Positions 50,170-61,913 of a DNA stretch of 64,000 bases are shown one piece after another. This DNA comes from an uncultured Gammaproteobacteria bacterium (GTDB taxonomy: Bacteria; Pseudomonadota; Gammaproteobacteria; UBA9214), in the NCBI GenBank assembly GCA_963773065.1, contig CAVYZN010000008.1:160001-224000 (forward strand). Direction: 5' to 3'. Under the pieces are notes generated by a model. It searched no databases, was not told the origin of the DNA, and saw only the letters and a list, made by a program, of their open reading frames with translations. How positions within the stretch are numbered: position 1 is the stretch's first letter; every line of letters starts with the position of its first letter. The translations under genes and the position numbers were made by a program.

Positions 50170-51896
50170 TCCACCGCATTTTCAGCAGTCTTCCGACCTT
50201 CAAGGACGCTTGAGTTCAAGCCCAGGGCTGAACGTGCTGATCGCGCAGAAGGAGGCGGGCGCGAGCGACAAGCAGACCCGAAACCGGGCGGGCAAGACGA
50301 GTTTGATCGAGATCGTCCATTTCCTCACCGGTGCAGAGGCCGGGAAGGATTCGGATTTCCGCAACGACTATCTGGCCAGCGAAACCTTCGGGATGGAGTT
50401 CGATCTGGGCGGCGAGAAAACGCTCCGCCGAGCGTTCGCGGAAAGGATAAATCAAAGATTCATGTTTCCGGCGGCGGATTCCTCGAAAGGGAAGAGCATA
50501 CTCTCCAACTCTGAGTGGGTTGAAGTTCTCGGCGAACAGATGTTTGGCTTGAGGTCGATTCCGGATGAAGACCGGGCGCGCCCCAAAGTTCCGTTCGCTC
50601 TTCGCCTATTTCGTTCGGCGTCAACTGAGCGGAGCATTCACCACCCGGAAAAACAGGCGACCATGCAGCAAGCCGGGGATTATCAGGTTGCTTTGCTGTT
50701 TCTCCTCGGGCTGGATTGGAAGATTGCGAGCGACTGGCAGCAAATACGGGATCAGGAAAAGACACTGAAAGAACTGAAGAAAGCCGCTGGTGCGGGCGCC
50801 TTCGGAAGCATCATCGGGAAGGCCGCAGACCTGCGCACTCAACTCACGGTCGCAGAGGCTCGGCTGAATGGGCTCAAGAGCCAGGTCGCATCATTCCGTG
50901 TATTACCTCAATACGCGGAACTGGAGAGGGAAGCGGATCGAGATCACACGCCAGATCAACGACCATCTCCAATGACAACACCATCGATGCCGCAGCAATT
51001 CGAGACCTTGAGACGTGCGCTGCAAGCGGAGGCGCCGCCGTCACTCAACGGAACTGGAAAATATTTATGCAGAGGCTGGGGTTGCGCTGCCCGGGCTCGC
51101 CATCAAACGCTACGAAGAGGTGCGCAGTTTCCATGAGTCGGTGGTCCGGAACCGGCGGGATTATCTGTCGGGCGAATTGCTCGCTGCGAAACAGCGGATC
51201 ACCTCTCGCGATCAAGAAAAGCTGCAGCCTCGACCAGCGCCGCTCTGAGGTCATGGGAATTCTGAAAAGCCACGGCGCGTTGGACCAATTCGCCAAACTG
51301 CAGGGCGAGACCGGGCGACTGGAGGCGGAGGTGGAATCCCTGCGACAACGATTCGAGGCGGCCGAACAGTTGGACGGCACAAAGAACGAATTGGAAATCG
51401 AGCGAAACCGGCTGACCCTCCGTCTGCGGCGCGATTTCTCTGAGCAGAAGGGGCGACTTGGACGGAGGCTATTCTTGCCTTCGAGGAAACGTCCAATCGG
51501 CTATACGAGTCAGCAGGTAGTATGACAGTGGATGAAACCTCGAACGGGCCCGTGTTTCAGTTTCCCATGCAGGGCTCCCGCAGCAAGGGCATCAAGAACA
51601 TGCAGATATTCTGCTTCGATATGATGCTCATGCGTCTGTGCGCAAAACGCGACATCGGTCCCGGCTTTCTAGATCCACGATAGCCACCTTTTCGATGGAG
51701 TAGATGGCCGAAGGTCATTAGTGCGTTGAAGGTCGGAGCAGAAACAGCCGCGAACTCGGGTTCCAATATATCGTCACCATGAACGAAGACGAGCGTTCAA
51801 GGAGAAGATAGAGGGTTTCGACTGCGGGAATATGTTTTCCCTGTCGTTTTAACCGATGCAAAAGAGGATGGCGGACTCTTCGGTTTCCGCTTCTGA
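50166..51896 (+). CDS. Lamassu LmuB-like SMC/ABC ATPase (DUF2326), frameshifted
   Basis: RNRAGKTSL Walker A, long coiled coil, SKGIKNMQIFCFD, HDSHLFDGVD, LFGFRF end. Confidence 0.82.
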
Positions 51897-51989
51897 AGGA
51901 CTGCCATTGAAGAAGCCGGCGAACTGGGCAACTACCTGCCGCTCTCCTTCAAAAGCCCGAAGGAGCAGGAATACATCGAGTTCCCCAGG

Positions 51990-52090
51990 AACCTTCACCC
52001 ATGCGATGAAGCGCAAGATCAATTCGGTGCTGGGCAAGGCAGTCTACCACACGCTGATCGCCACCGGGGAACCGGTGTTCGCGGAAATCT
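51990..52090 (+). pseudogene. DDE transposase (IS1182-like) fragment
   Basis: MKRKINSVLGKAVY...TGEPVFAEI. Confidence 0.5.
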
Positions 52091-52194
52091 CAGGGAAATC
52101 TCAGGACAGACCACGTTTAATCAAAACGTGCACCCCAAGCCAAGGACATCAAAGCCGCCTTGCGCCTCGCACGTAACCTTACGGAGTAACCACG

Positions 52195-52494
52195 ATGGGC
52201 AGAACCGCTACCACTCGCTATGACGTTGCTGAACACCTCAGAACTCCGGAGGAAATGGCCGCTTACCTCGAAGCCTGCCTTGAAGAGGCGGACGGCGATG
52301 TCGCGTACATCGCCAAGGCGCTGGGCGACATCGCTCGTGCCAAAGGCATGGCACAGGTCGCGCGAGATGCCGGGTTGTCCCGCGAAAGCCTTTACAAGGC
52401 ACTCTACGGCGAACGCAGCCCTGACTTCGACACCATCCTCGAAGTCGTCGGAGCCCTGGGGCTGAAGTTGCACGCCGAAGCCAGACATCGCTGA
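52195..52494 (+). CDS. Addiction module antidote protein (HI1420-like), copy A
   Basis: YDVAEHL, ALGDIARAKGM, GLSRESLYKAL; preceded only by the toxin 3' remnant TQAKDIKAALRLARNL. Confidence 0.9.
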   Translation: MGRTATTRYDVAEHLRTPEEMAAYLEACLEEADGDVAYIAKALGDIARAKGMAQVARDAGLSRESLYKALYGERSPDFDTILEVVGALGLKLHAEARHR

Positions 52495-52687
52495 TCAGGG
52501 GGTGCCCCCGTCATCCTCGTCACCCCGGATGGCGACCTGACGGCCTTATCCGGGCTACGTCAATCGGGCGAGCAGCAGGTCGGCTGCCTGGGCGATGCCG
52601 GAGTGCGGATAACCGGGACAGATCTATTTTCTTTTTACAGCCTGGCTATTGGCTGCTTGGGTGACAGTGCTCACTGGCACATTTGGG

Positions 52688-53028
52688 TTACTGCCACGCG
52701 AGGGTCCATCGGCCATGCCGTTTGATATGCTCGTACATGGTATCGGGCGCGAGGTCGGCGCCGTTGGGCCAGGTCACGGCCCCGAGTTCGACGTACGCAA
52801 GGGCGAACACGGCGGCATCGCGCAGCGCCTCGAACGGTGTGCCGCTTATCCGCGGGTCATTCAGCCATTGCCGCATATCGACATCGCCCTCCAGCCCATC
52901 CAGAAACGTCACCCGCAACACATGGTCGCTTCCTGGCCGAACAGAGGCTATCCGCCAGGGGGCACGCGGCGCGGGCGCCGGGACTATGTCAAAGGAGGAT
53001 ACGATTCGGGGTCTGCAATCGAGTGCAT
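52688..53028 (-). CDS. DUF2442 domain protein (putative antitoxin), preceded by a DUF4160 C-terminal remnant
   Basis: LRVTFLDG...VTWPNGADLAPDTMY; upstream EWAQEHRAELLEDW. Confidence 0.72.
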
Positions 53029-53093
53029 AGTTCCCAATCCTCCAAGAGTTCGGCACGGTGTTCCTGAGCCCATTCCAACACGTGACAGGCTCG

Positions 53094-53419
53094 TTATGTG
53101 GCCACGGTACGCCGTGCGATGATCTGGGCGAGCTCGCGATTCGTTGTCCCGAGCGCAAGCAACGACCTGACCAACAAGTCGAGGGATACCGTGGGGTCTC
53201 CGGCTTCCATCTTTGCCACACGTGACTGGCTCGACCGAACTGCCTTCGCGAGTTGCACCTGCGTCAGCCCTTGCCCAACCGACGCGCCTTAAGGCCCTCC
53301 GCTAGTTTCAGGCGCAGTTCGATATATGCGTCCTCCTCATCGGAGAGTTGGAGGAACTGCTTCGCTGTGCCTACCTTCCAGCCCTTCGCTTGGAGGCGCT
53401 TACGCTTGCTCTCACGCAT
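53094..53419 (-). CDS. XRE-HTH antitoxin (frameshift ~53280)
   Basis: MRESKRKRLQAKGWKVG...LTQVQLAK..SSQSRVAKMEAGDPTVSLDLL. Confidence 0.82.
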
Positions 53420-53735
53420 CGTCGTACTCCTTCAGGCGCTTCCTGCACGCCTGGATCACGTCCTTCGGGGTCTTTTGCGTCTTCTTGGCAAAGACCTCCA
53501 CAATCACAATCGCATCCGTATCAATCCGATAGATCAAACGCCAAGTCGTGTCAGCGTCGTTGATCCGCAATTCATGGCAGCGCACGCCGACGCTGGGCAT
53601 AGGCCGCGACTGCGGCATCCGGAGCCGCTCGCCTCGTTGCAGCCGTCGAAGGAGAAAACCCGTCTCGATTCGCGCCTCTCCGGAGAGCGGTGGGGTTTTC
53701 ACCTGCCCATGCAGCCACGCGAGCTCCCTGTTCAC
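53412..53735 (-). CDS. RelE/ParE (HigB/Gp49-like) toxin
   Basis: WLHGQVKTPP, SRPMPSVG, HELRI, FAKKTQKTP. Confidence 0.88.
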   Translation of the reverse strand: MNRELAWLHGQVKTPPLSGEARIETGFLLRRLQRGERLRMPQSRPMPSVGVRCHELRINDADTTWRLIYRIDTDAIVIVEVFAKKTQKTPKDVIQACRKRLKEYDDA

Positions 53736-53793
53736 GGAGTATTCTGCTATCTTCAAGGACAATCGGATACGGGTTGCCAGCCCTACCACGGGG

Positions 53794-54026
53794 TAATAGG
53801 GGCCAGGCTCGACTTAACTCGTGGTAGCATACGCAATGACGATCAACCAGAGCCAGCCCTTGTGCAATGAACGCTTCTATGCTCGGATAGAGCGCATGAC
53901 CGGGCAACGGCGTGATGCGAAACCGCGTGGCAGGCCAAGGCTGAATGAGACCACGAACGATGCACCGCTAGTGGGGCAAAGCGATTTGGGGTTGTGATCG
54001 AGAGAAATGCGAGCTTGGCTCCGTTA
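53794..54026 (+). mobile_element. RAYT-like remnant element (copy 2)
   Basis: Near-identical to 42580-42807. Confidence 0.65.
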
Positions 54027-54106
54027 GTGCTGTTGCAAGCGTATCACGTATTATGAAGTGTCTACAACACGTGGACGAGATATCGTTTTGCCATGACAAA
54101 ATATTT

Positions 54107-55321
54107 TCATGTCGTTTTCTCTGGGAATAGCCTCGGCATCCATTGCGGTGCGAGTGTGGCCGGGAAGGCGAGATGATAGGGGGCGCGTATCGTCTCTGAA
54201 ACCAATACGCCAAGTTCGGCGGATGGTTCGATAGGTCGCCTTGTTTTGTCGCTCCCCAACATCGAACATCAGCGCGATCTCATCGCGCGCAAGCTCGCCC
54301 TGATACAAAATCCTCTCCAGAATAGTTGCCGACTGTGGCGGCAGGGCCTTGGTGCGGATTTCTTCGTTTGCCCAGGAAAGGATGCGTGTACGAAGTTGTC
54401 CGGGGCGACCAGCTCTTCCATGAATTTGACTTGATCGATGCAGATTTCAAGAAAGAACGGGTAAAATCGGCCAGAGATTCTTCGCTCAAGTTGCCCCGTC
54501 CATCCAGATCATTGCGGCGTGTCAGGTCACACGCGGTAAGATGGTTCTGATACAGTCCTTTATTTCTGGCCAGGCCGCGCGCAATGGACCAGATACCGCC
54601 CGTATCCAAAACATCCAGGAGCATGGCATAGGACATCAGGCGGGCCACGCGGCCATTGCCGTCAAGAAACGGGTGAATCCACAGCATTCTGTGATGCGCG
54701 GTGGCAGAGGCAAAGATTGTTTCTGTTTTGCCAAGGCCGCGATAGGCGTCCTCGAAGCGTTCCATAAAACGGGGCAAGGCACCGGGGCTGATGGGGATGT
54801 GTCGTCCGACCTTCACATCACGCTGCCGCAGTTCGCCGGTACAATCTCCATGCGCTCACCGTTTTCCGGGTTTTCTGCCCATCGCAATTCCTCTGGAGCA
54901 GCTTGAGCAAAAGCGTCTGTGAATTTCGCGCAAGCTCTCCATACTTGTTGCGTGATCCTTGAGGCCGCCTTTATCAATCCATTTTTGAACGGTAATATGC
55001 GCTTTGGCTTCAAGCTGCAAATTACGCTGTCTCTCGTTCGTGCTGTAATCGTTTTTGAGCGCCCGCTCAATATCGACCGGGTGGGTGTCGTGCCCTTCAA
55101 TCAGGTTGCTGTAATAGCAGTTCATGGCTCGGACCAGATCGGCGAGGGAAGGCTCGACATATTTGGGGAGGCTTCCCCGTAAGCGCGCGGACTGAGCGGC
55201 CAGTTGCCAGCGCCAGGTCACCCAGAGGTCCGCGATGTTTTGAGCTGCCAGAAATCAGCAGCGGCTCCATCATCGAAACCGTTTCGTCCCTGTCTACGAC
55301 CTCTAAAATGTCCTCTTCCAT
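54107..55321 (-). CDS. Fic family protein (frameshifted)
   Basis: NCYYSNLIEG; HPFLDGNGRVAR Fic motif. Confidence 0.88.
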
Positions 55322-55474
55322 GTCCGATTATATGTCCGGTTGCGTAGTTAAACTACATTATATATAACGTAGTCTTACTGCGTTGTTAACTTGGAATAAC
55401 TATGTACATGACCGGCATAATGTCCGAGTAAACACGTGAATGGGTGCCAACCCATTAGCCGGCCCCGTATCAAG

Positions 55475-55662
55475 GACGATCAACCAGAGCCAGCCCTTGG
55501 GCAATGAACGCTTATATGCCCGGATAGAGTGCATGAACGGGCAACGGCATGAGGCGAAACCGCGTGGCAGGCCAAGGCTGAAGAAGACCACGAACGATGC
55601 GCCACTACCGGGCAAGGCGAGTTGGGGTTGTGATCGAGAAAAATGCGAGCCTGGCCCTTTTA
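55475..55662 (+). mobile_element. RAYT-like remnant element (copy 3, left end missing)
   Basis: INQSQPLGNERLYARIECMNGQRHEAKPRGRPRLK; ends cgagcctggcccttt. Confidence 0.65.
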
Positions 55663-55758
55663 GGAGATCATTCTCCTGGCCGGGGGCGATAAGAGCACCC
55701 AAGCCAAGGACATCAAAGCCGCCTTGCGCCTCGCACGTAACCTTACGGGGTAGCCACG

Positions 55759-56058
55759 ATGGGCAAAACCGCTACCACTCGCTATGACGTTGCTGAACAC
55801 CTCAGAACTCCGGAGGAAATGGCCGCATACCTCGAAGCCTGCCTTGAAGAGGCGGACGGGGATGCCGCGTTCATCGCCAAGGCGCTGGGCGACATCGCTC
55901 GTGCCAAAGGCATGGCGCAGGTCGCGCGAGATGCCGGGCTGTCACGCGAAAGCCTATACAAGGCACTTTCCGGCGAACGCAGCCCTGACTTCGACACCAT
56001 CCTCAAAGTCGTCGGAGCACTGGGGCTGAAGTTGCACGCAGAAGCCAGACATCGCTGA
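55759..56058 (+). CDS. Addiction module antidote protein, copy B
   Basis: Near-identical to 52195-52494; preceded by toxin remnant ILLAGGDKSTQAKDI. Confidence 0.9.
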   Translation: MGKTATTRYDVAEHLRTPEEMAAYLEACLEEADGDAAFIAKALGDIARAKGMAQVARDAGLSRESLYKALSGERSPDFDTILKVVGALGLKLHAEARHR

Positions 56059-56114
56059 CCAGGGGTGCCCAGCCACCGTCACCCGGATGCGGCGGCCTGG
56101 CGGCCTTATCCGGG

Positions 56115-57202
56115 CTACGTCAACCGAGCGAGCAGGAGGTCGGCGGCCTGGGCGATGCCGGAGGGCGCGGGAATATCGGCCGGCGGCGGTTGTGACCAGA
56201 GCGTCTCCAGCGCGGCGGCGAAGGCGCCGCGCTGGAATTCGGCGGGCGTGATCTCCGCGAGTGCGACCATGGGTACGCGCCCAGGCAATGAGGTGCGGCG
56301 TCTCCGGCCAGTCGGGGCGCGCCAGCGTGAGGATGGGCGTGCCGTTGCACACCGCCTCGGCGTAGGTGCCGTAGCCGGGCTTGGTGAGCACGGCGTCACT
56401 GGAAGCCAGCAGGTCGATGAACGGCAGCGGCAACCGGGTGAAATCCACGAAGTCATCGCGATCACCCGCCGGTGCCCGGTCGAACAGCCAGACGACGTTC
56501 CCGAGGCGCGGCCAGTTGGCGAGCGGCAGAGGGCTGTCGATCCCGCCGAGCGCCACCAGGACGAGACGGGTGTCGGCGGAACGTTGCATGCGGGCGAGGA
56601 TTTCCTCGCGGCGGATCTCACCCACGCGGGCGATCGGGCCGATGGCGTGGACGTTGTCCAGCTCCGGCATGGGCAGCGCGGGCGCCGGGGTGAGAAACCT
56701 GTCCGCCGCGGCGTAGCCGGAGTACATCTGCGCCCGGATCGCGGCGCCGTCAGCATCGCCACCGCAGTAGGCGGCGTGGATCGCGGCCCAGTTGAGCGAG
56801 CCCAGCGCCACGGCCGGAATGCCCGCCAGCCGCGCGGCGAGCAGCAGCCGGTAGGGGATGTTGGCGAGCAGCAGATCGGGCTTGATGTCCCGCAGCCGTT
56901 CGACCTCGCGCCGCACGCCCGCCTCCCAGTCGCGGTGAAATTCCCGCCAGGCCACGGCAGGTGGCGGGTACGTCCACCTGCCACGCCGAATGCATGCGCA
57001 TCACCGCATCGGTCTCGGCCGCGAAGTGGGTGAATTCACCGGCGAGCCGCGAGGAGAGCACGGCGCGCGGCAGGTCGCTCAGCACCGTCAGGCGGAGATC
57101 GGGCCGCAGTTCCCGCAGGCGGTTGACGACCGGCGCGCATTGCGCCAGATGGCCGTAGCCATGGCCGGTCACGGCCAGCAGCAGGTGCGGTGCGCGGCCC
57201 AT
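56115..57202 (-). CDS. GT-B glycosyltransferase-like protein (frameshifts)
   Basis: TGHGYGH, LVALGG, DAVLTKPGYGTYAEA, RPDWPE. Confidence 0.75.
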
Positions 57203-58217
57203 CGCGGCCGGCTTCCGGCAGCAGGCGCTCCATCAGGTAGCCGAGGCAGTCCTGGCGGATGATCTTCTCATCCAGGGTGAACATGGACGGCATGAAGGCG
57301 CAGTTGCTCAGCAGGGTCTCGCGCTCGATGCGGAAGTAACGGTCATAAACGTCGCGGCCGTGTTCGTCGCTGACATCGAGCCGCAGCGCCGCCCCGTCGC
57401 GCACCCAGCCGAGCACGGTGTGCGCGGGCAGCTCGCGGAAATTGAGGTGGTCGATGCCCTCGACCAGGCGCAGATCGACGCCCGCCGCCTCGAAGCCGAA
57501 GCTGACCTGCTCCGGGATCTTCACCGTCGCGACGGTGTGGTACAGATCCACGTCGTGCGAGGACACGGGATGCGACGGGATCTCGTGCAGGTGCAGGCAG
57601 GCTTCGAGAAAATCGCGGGCATGCTCCACGCCGTGTTCCTGGCCCGGCTTGCCGCACTCGATGGTGAGCGCCGGGCACACCTCGGACATCGCCATGGCCT
57701 GCACGCCGAGCGGGCGGATGAAATACACCACCGTGCGGCTGAACAGCGCGGCCAGATGCAGGAAGCGGTTGTCGATGCGGTTGATGCAGGCGTAATGCGG
57801 GTTGATGCCGGTGTTGTTGTGCACGTCGATGCTGGCGAAGGCGCGCCGCGCGCGCAGGCAATCGACCAGCCGCCGCATCATGCGCACCTCGGGTAACTCC
57901 GGACTCGCGGTGCCCGGCCAGATGCGGTTGTAGTCGGGCTGGCCGTTAAGGCGCCGCTGCCCGGTGCGTGCGGCGCTCACGTTGCCGATAAACAGCGACA
58001 GCGCGCGGGGCAGCTCCTTCGACCGGTAGGCGCGCAGCAACGCCTGCACGGCATGGAAGCCGGTGCCCTCGTTGCCGTGCAGCAGCACACTGACGAACAG
58101 CGGCTCCGGCAGCCGGCCCGGCAAATGGATCAGCGTGGGTCCGCCGAGGAGATCGTGGAGTTCCTCCACGCGGGCCTCGAGCAGACCTTCAGGCAGGGTT
58201 TCGGTTTCGTTCAGCAT
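57036..58217 (-). CDS. M14 / succinylglutamate desuccinylase-aspartoacylase family hydrolase (true 3' end probably ~57200)
   Basis: LLHGNE, DYNRIW, IDVHNNTG, IECG. Confidence 0.82.
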   Translation of the reverse strand: MLNETETLPEGLLEARVEELHDLLGGPTLIHLPGRLPEPLFVSVLLHGNEGTGFHAVQALLRAYRSKELPRALSLFIGNVSAARTGQRRLNGQPDYNRIWPGTASPELPEVRMMRRLVDCLRARRAFASIDVHNNTGINPHYACINRIDNRFLHLAALFSRTVVYFIRPLGVQAMAMSEVCPALTIECGKPGQEHGVEHARDFLEACLHLHEIPSHPVSSHDVDLYHTVATVKIPEQVSFGFEAAGVDLRLVEGIDHLNFRELPAHTVLGWVRDGAALRLDVSDEHGRDVYDRYFRIERETLLSNCAFMPSMFTLDEKIIRQDCLGYLMERLLPEAGRDGPRTAPAAGRDRPWLRPSGAMRAGRQPPAGTAARSPPDGAERPAARRALLAARR

Positions 58218-58251
58218 ACGGCGGATGCTATGAATTACGTTGACTATGCCT

Positions 58252-58353
58252 CATGCCGGGTAAGTCCTGTCGTGACCGTCGGCCGCAGGGATGCGGCCGT
58301 CGAGCGTACAGGGACGTATTCACAGCGTGTCACGACAGGATTTACCCGGCATG
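58252..58353. repeat. Long hairpin element with TACAGGGACGTATTCAC core (copy 2)
   Basis: 25-bp arms with 1 mismatch; outer IR 58241-58254/58369-58382. Confidence 0.8.
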
Positions 58354-58441
58354 GGACCTCTCACAGATATGAGGCAAAGTCAGTATTTTCCTGAGTAACA
58401 AGCATTCCTCCAGTAGTGAGCGGTTTGACTGGCATTCGCCC

Positions 58442-59884
58442 TCATGCAGCATCGACATCCCATTCATGCACCGGCCGGCCTTCGTGCTGGCGATGGTAAT
58501 AAGCCTCGGTCAGCGCCGCCATGTCCGCGCCGTGCCGGGCGACCCAGGCGCGCTGCCAGTCCGCGCCGGTTGCGGCCCGGCGCGCGCGCGCCTCGATGAT
58601 GCCGAGGTAATGCGTGCTGTCCGCCGCGTCGATTTCGAGCGACGCCAGCCCTTGCCGCGCCAGCGGCAGCAGTTCATCCAGCAGCAGGGCGCGCAGCGGG
58701 CCGCGGCGCGCGTCGGCCCAGGTGACCGGCGCATTCAGGCCGTGCCGGGCGGCGGCGTAGAAGTTGTCGCGCGCCTGCGGAAACGCAATCCGCGCCTCGA
58801 TCGGAGTGTCTTCGTGCATCAGTGCCTGCATCAGGCCGAAGTAGAACGCGGCGTTGGCGATCGCGTCGGCGACCGTCGGCCCGCCCGGCACCACGCGGTG
58901 CTCGATGCGCAGATGCGGGATGCCGTCGTAGTCGAAGCCGATGAGGGGGCGGTTCCAGCGCCAGATGGTGCCGTTGTGCAGGCGCAGGTGCGCCATCTTC
59001 TCCGCGCCCTCGTGGAAGCTCATCGGCAGCAGCACCGGATAGTGCTGCTGGTTCTCGAGGAAACATTCGTACAGGGAGGCGCGCGCATAGCCCGAGCCGA
59101 AGGTCACGCGGCGCAACGGCCCGTGGCTCGCGCCGGCGATGCCGCCCACGGCGACCGCCTGCTCGAACAGCGGGACGCGGGTCTCGTCCCACAGGTCATG
59201 GCCGAACAGGTAGGGGGAGTTCGCCGTCACCGCCACCATGGGCGCCGACAGGACCAGCGCGGCGTTGTAGGCGCGCACCGCGTGGCGGGGATGCACCTTG
59301 AGGTGGAGCTGGAAGGAGGTGGTCGCGGATTCGAGCATGACATCGCCGTGGACGGTCTTCAGGCGTTCCCGGCCCTGGATGTCCAGTTCCAGCGGCCGGC
59401 CCTCGCGCAGCCGCAGCACCTGCTCGTTCAGGGCGCGGTAACGCCTGAGATCCGACATGTTGGCCTGCGTCAGTTCCGCCTCGCGCACCGTCGGCAGGAT
59501 GCCGATCATCAGCAGCCGCGCATCCAACTCCGCCGCGACCCGCCGGCACTTCTCCCAGGTCGCCGCCAGGCTCGCCTCGAACCGGCCGAGCGCCGAACCC
59601 CACAGGTGCTGCGGGTGGTCGTTCAGCTCGACGTTGAAGCGCGCCAGTTCGGGCACCACCATGGGATCGTCGAGCCGCTTGAGAAACGCCTCGTTCACCG
59701 GCGCCGGGCGGGCGGCGGCGTCGATCAGCCAGGCCTCGAGCTCGAACCCGCCCGTGCGATCGCGCGTGGAGAACAGCGCCTCCCGGAACCACTCGCCCAG
59801 CAGTTCGGTCTCCCGGCGCAGGCAGTCGGCGCAGGCCGTGAAATCCGCGCGGGTGAAATGCGTCTGCTCGATTTCCTGTCCCAT
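58442..59884 (-). CDS. Glutamate-cysteine ligase family 2 (GCS2) protein
   Basis: GFELE, ELARFNVELN, TSFQLHL, HNGTIWRWNRP, HLRIEHR. Confidence 0.88.
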   Translation of the reverse strand: MGQEIEQTHFTRADFTACADCLRRETELLGEWFREALFSTRDRTGGFELEAWLIDAAARPAPVNEAFLKRLDDPMVVPELARFNVELNDHPQHLWGSALGRFEASLAATWEKCRRVAAELDARLLMIGILPTVREAELTQANMSDLRRYRALNEQVLRLREGRPLELDIQGRERLKTVHGDVMLESATTSFQLHLKVHPRHAVRAYNAALVLSAPMVAVTANSPYLFGHDLWDETRVPLFEQAVAVGGIAGASHGPLRRVTFGSGYARASLYECFLENQQHYPVLLPMSFHEGAEKMAHLRLHNGTIWRWNRPLIGFDYDGIPHLRIEHRVVPGGPTVADAIANAAFYFGLMQALMHEDTPIEARIAFPQARDNFYAAARHGLNAPVTWADARRGPLRALLLDELLPLARQGLASLEIDAADSTHYLGIIEARARRAATGADWQRAWVARHGADMAALTEAYYHRQHEGRPVHEWDVDAA

Positions 59885-59889
59885 GACGG

Positions 59890-61639
<1,750 letters not shown>

Positions 61640-61913
61640 GGTGCCGGTCCGCCATGGCCGCGAAGTTTATGCTCGCGGCCGTCCGTGAAACAACGCCGTC
61701 TGTCCGGGCATTGTCACCACCAGCCGCGTGACCAGCGCCCCGAGGGCGGCCGGGGGGACGTGCCGGGTGGCATGCTCCCCGGGCGATACGGGCAATAAAA
61801 CATTTGAACAGGCAGCCATTCTATGCGATTTTACGTGGCGCCCGCCAGCCGCAACCCGCGTGGGAAATCGTGTCAGGGCAGACAAAGCAGAACCCATCAC
61901 CAGGACGTATCCC

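Noticed and set aside
53085-53100. attC after the XRE antitoxin (ACATAAC on minus strand)
   Set aside because: Only the first box is present; sequence passes directly into the DUF4160 remnant with no palindrome.
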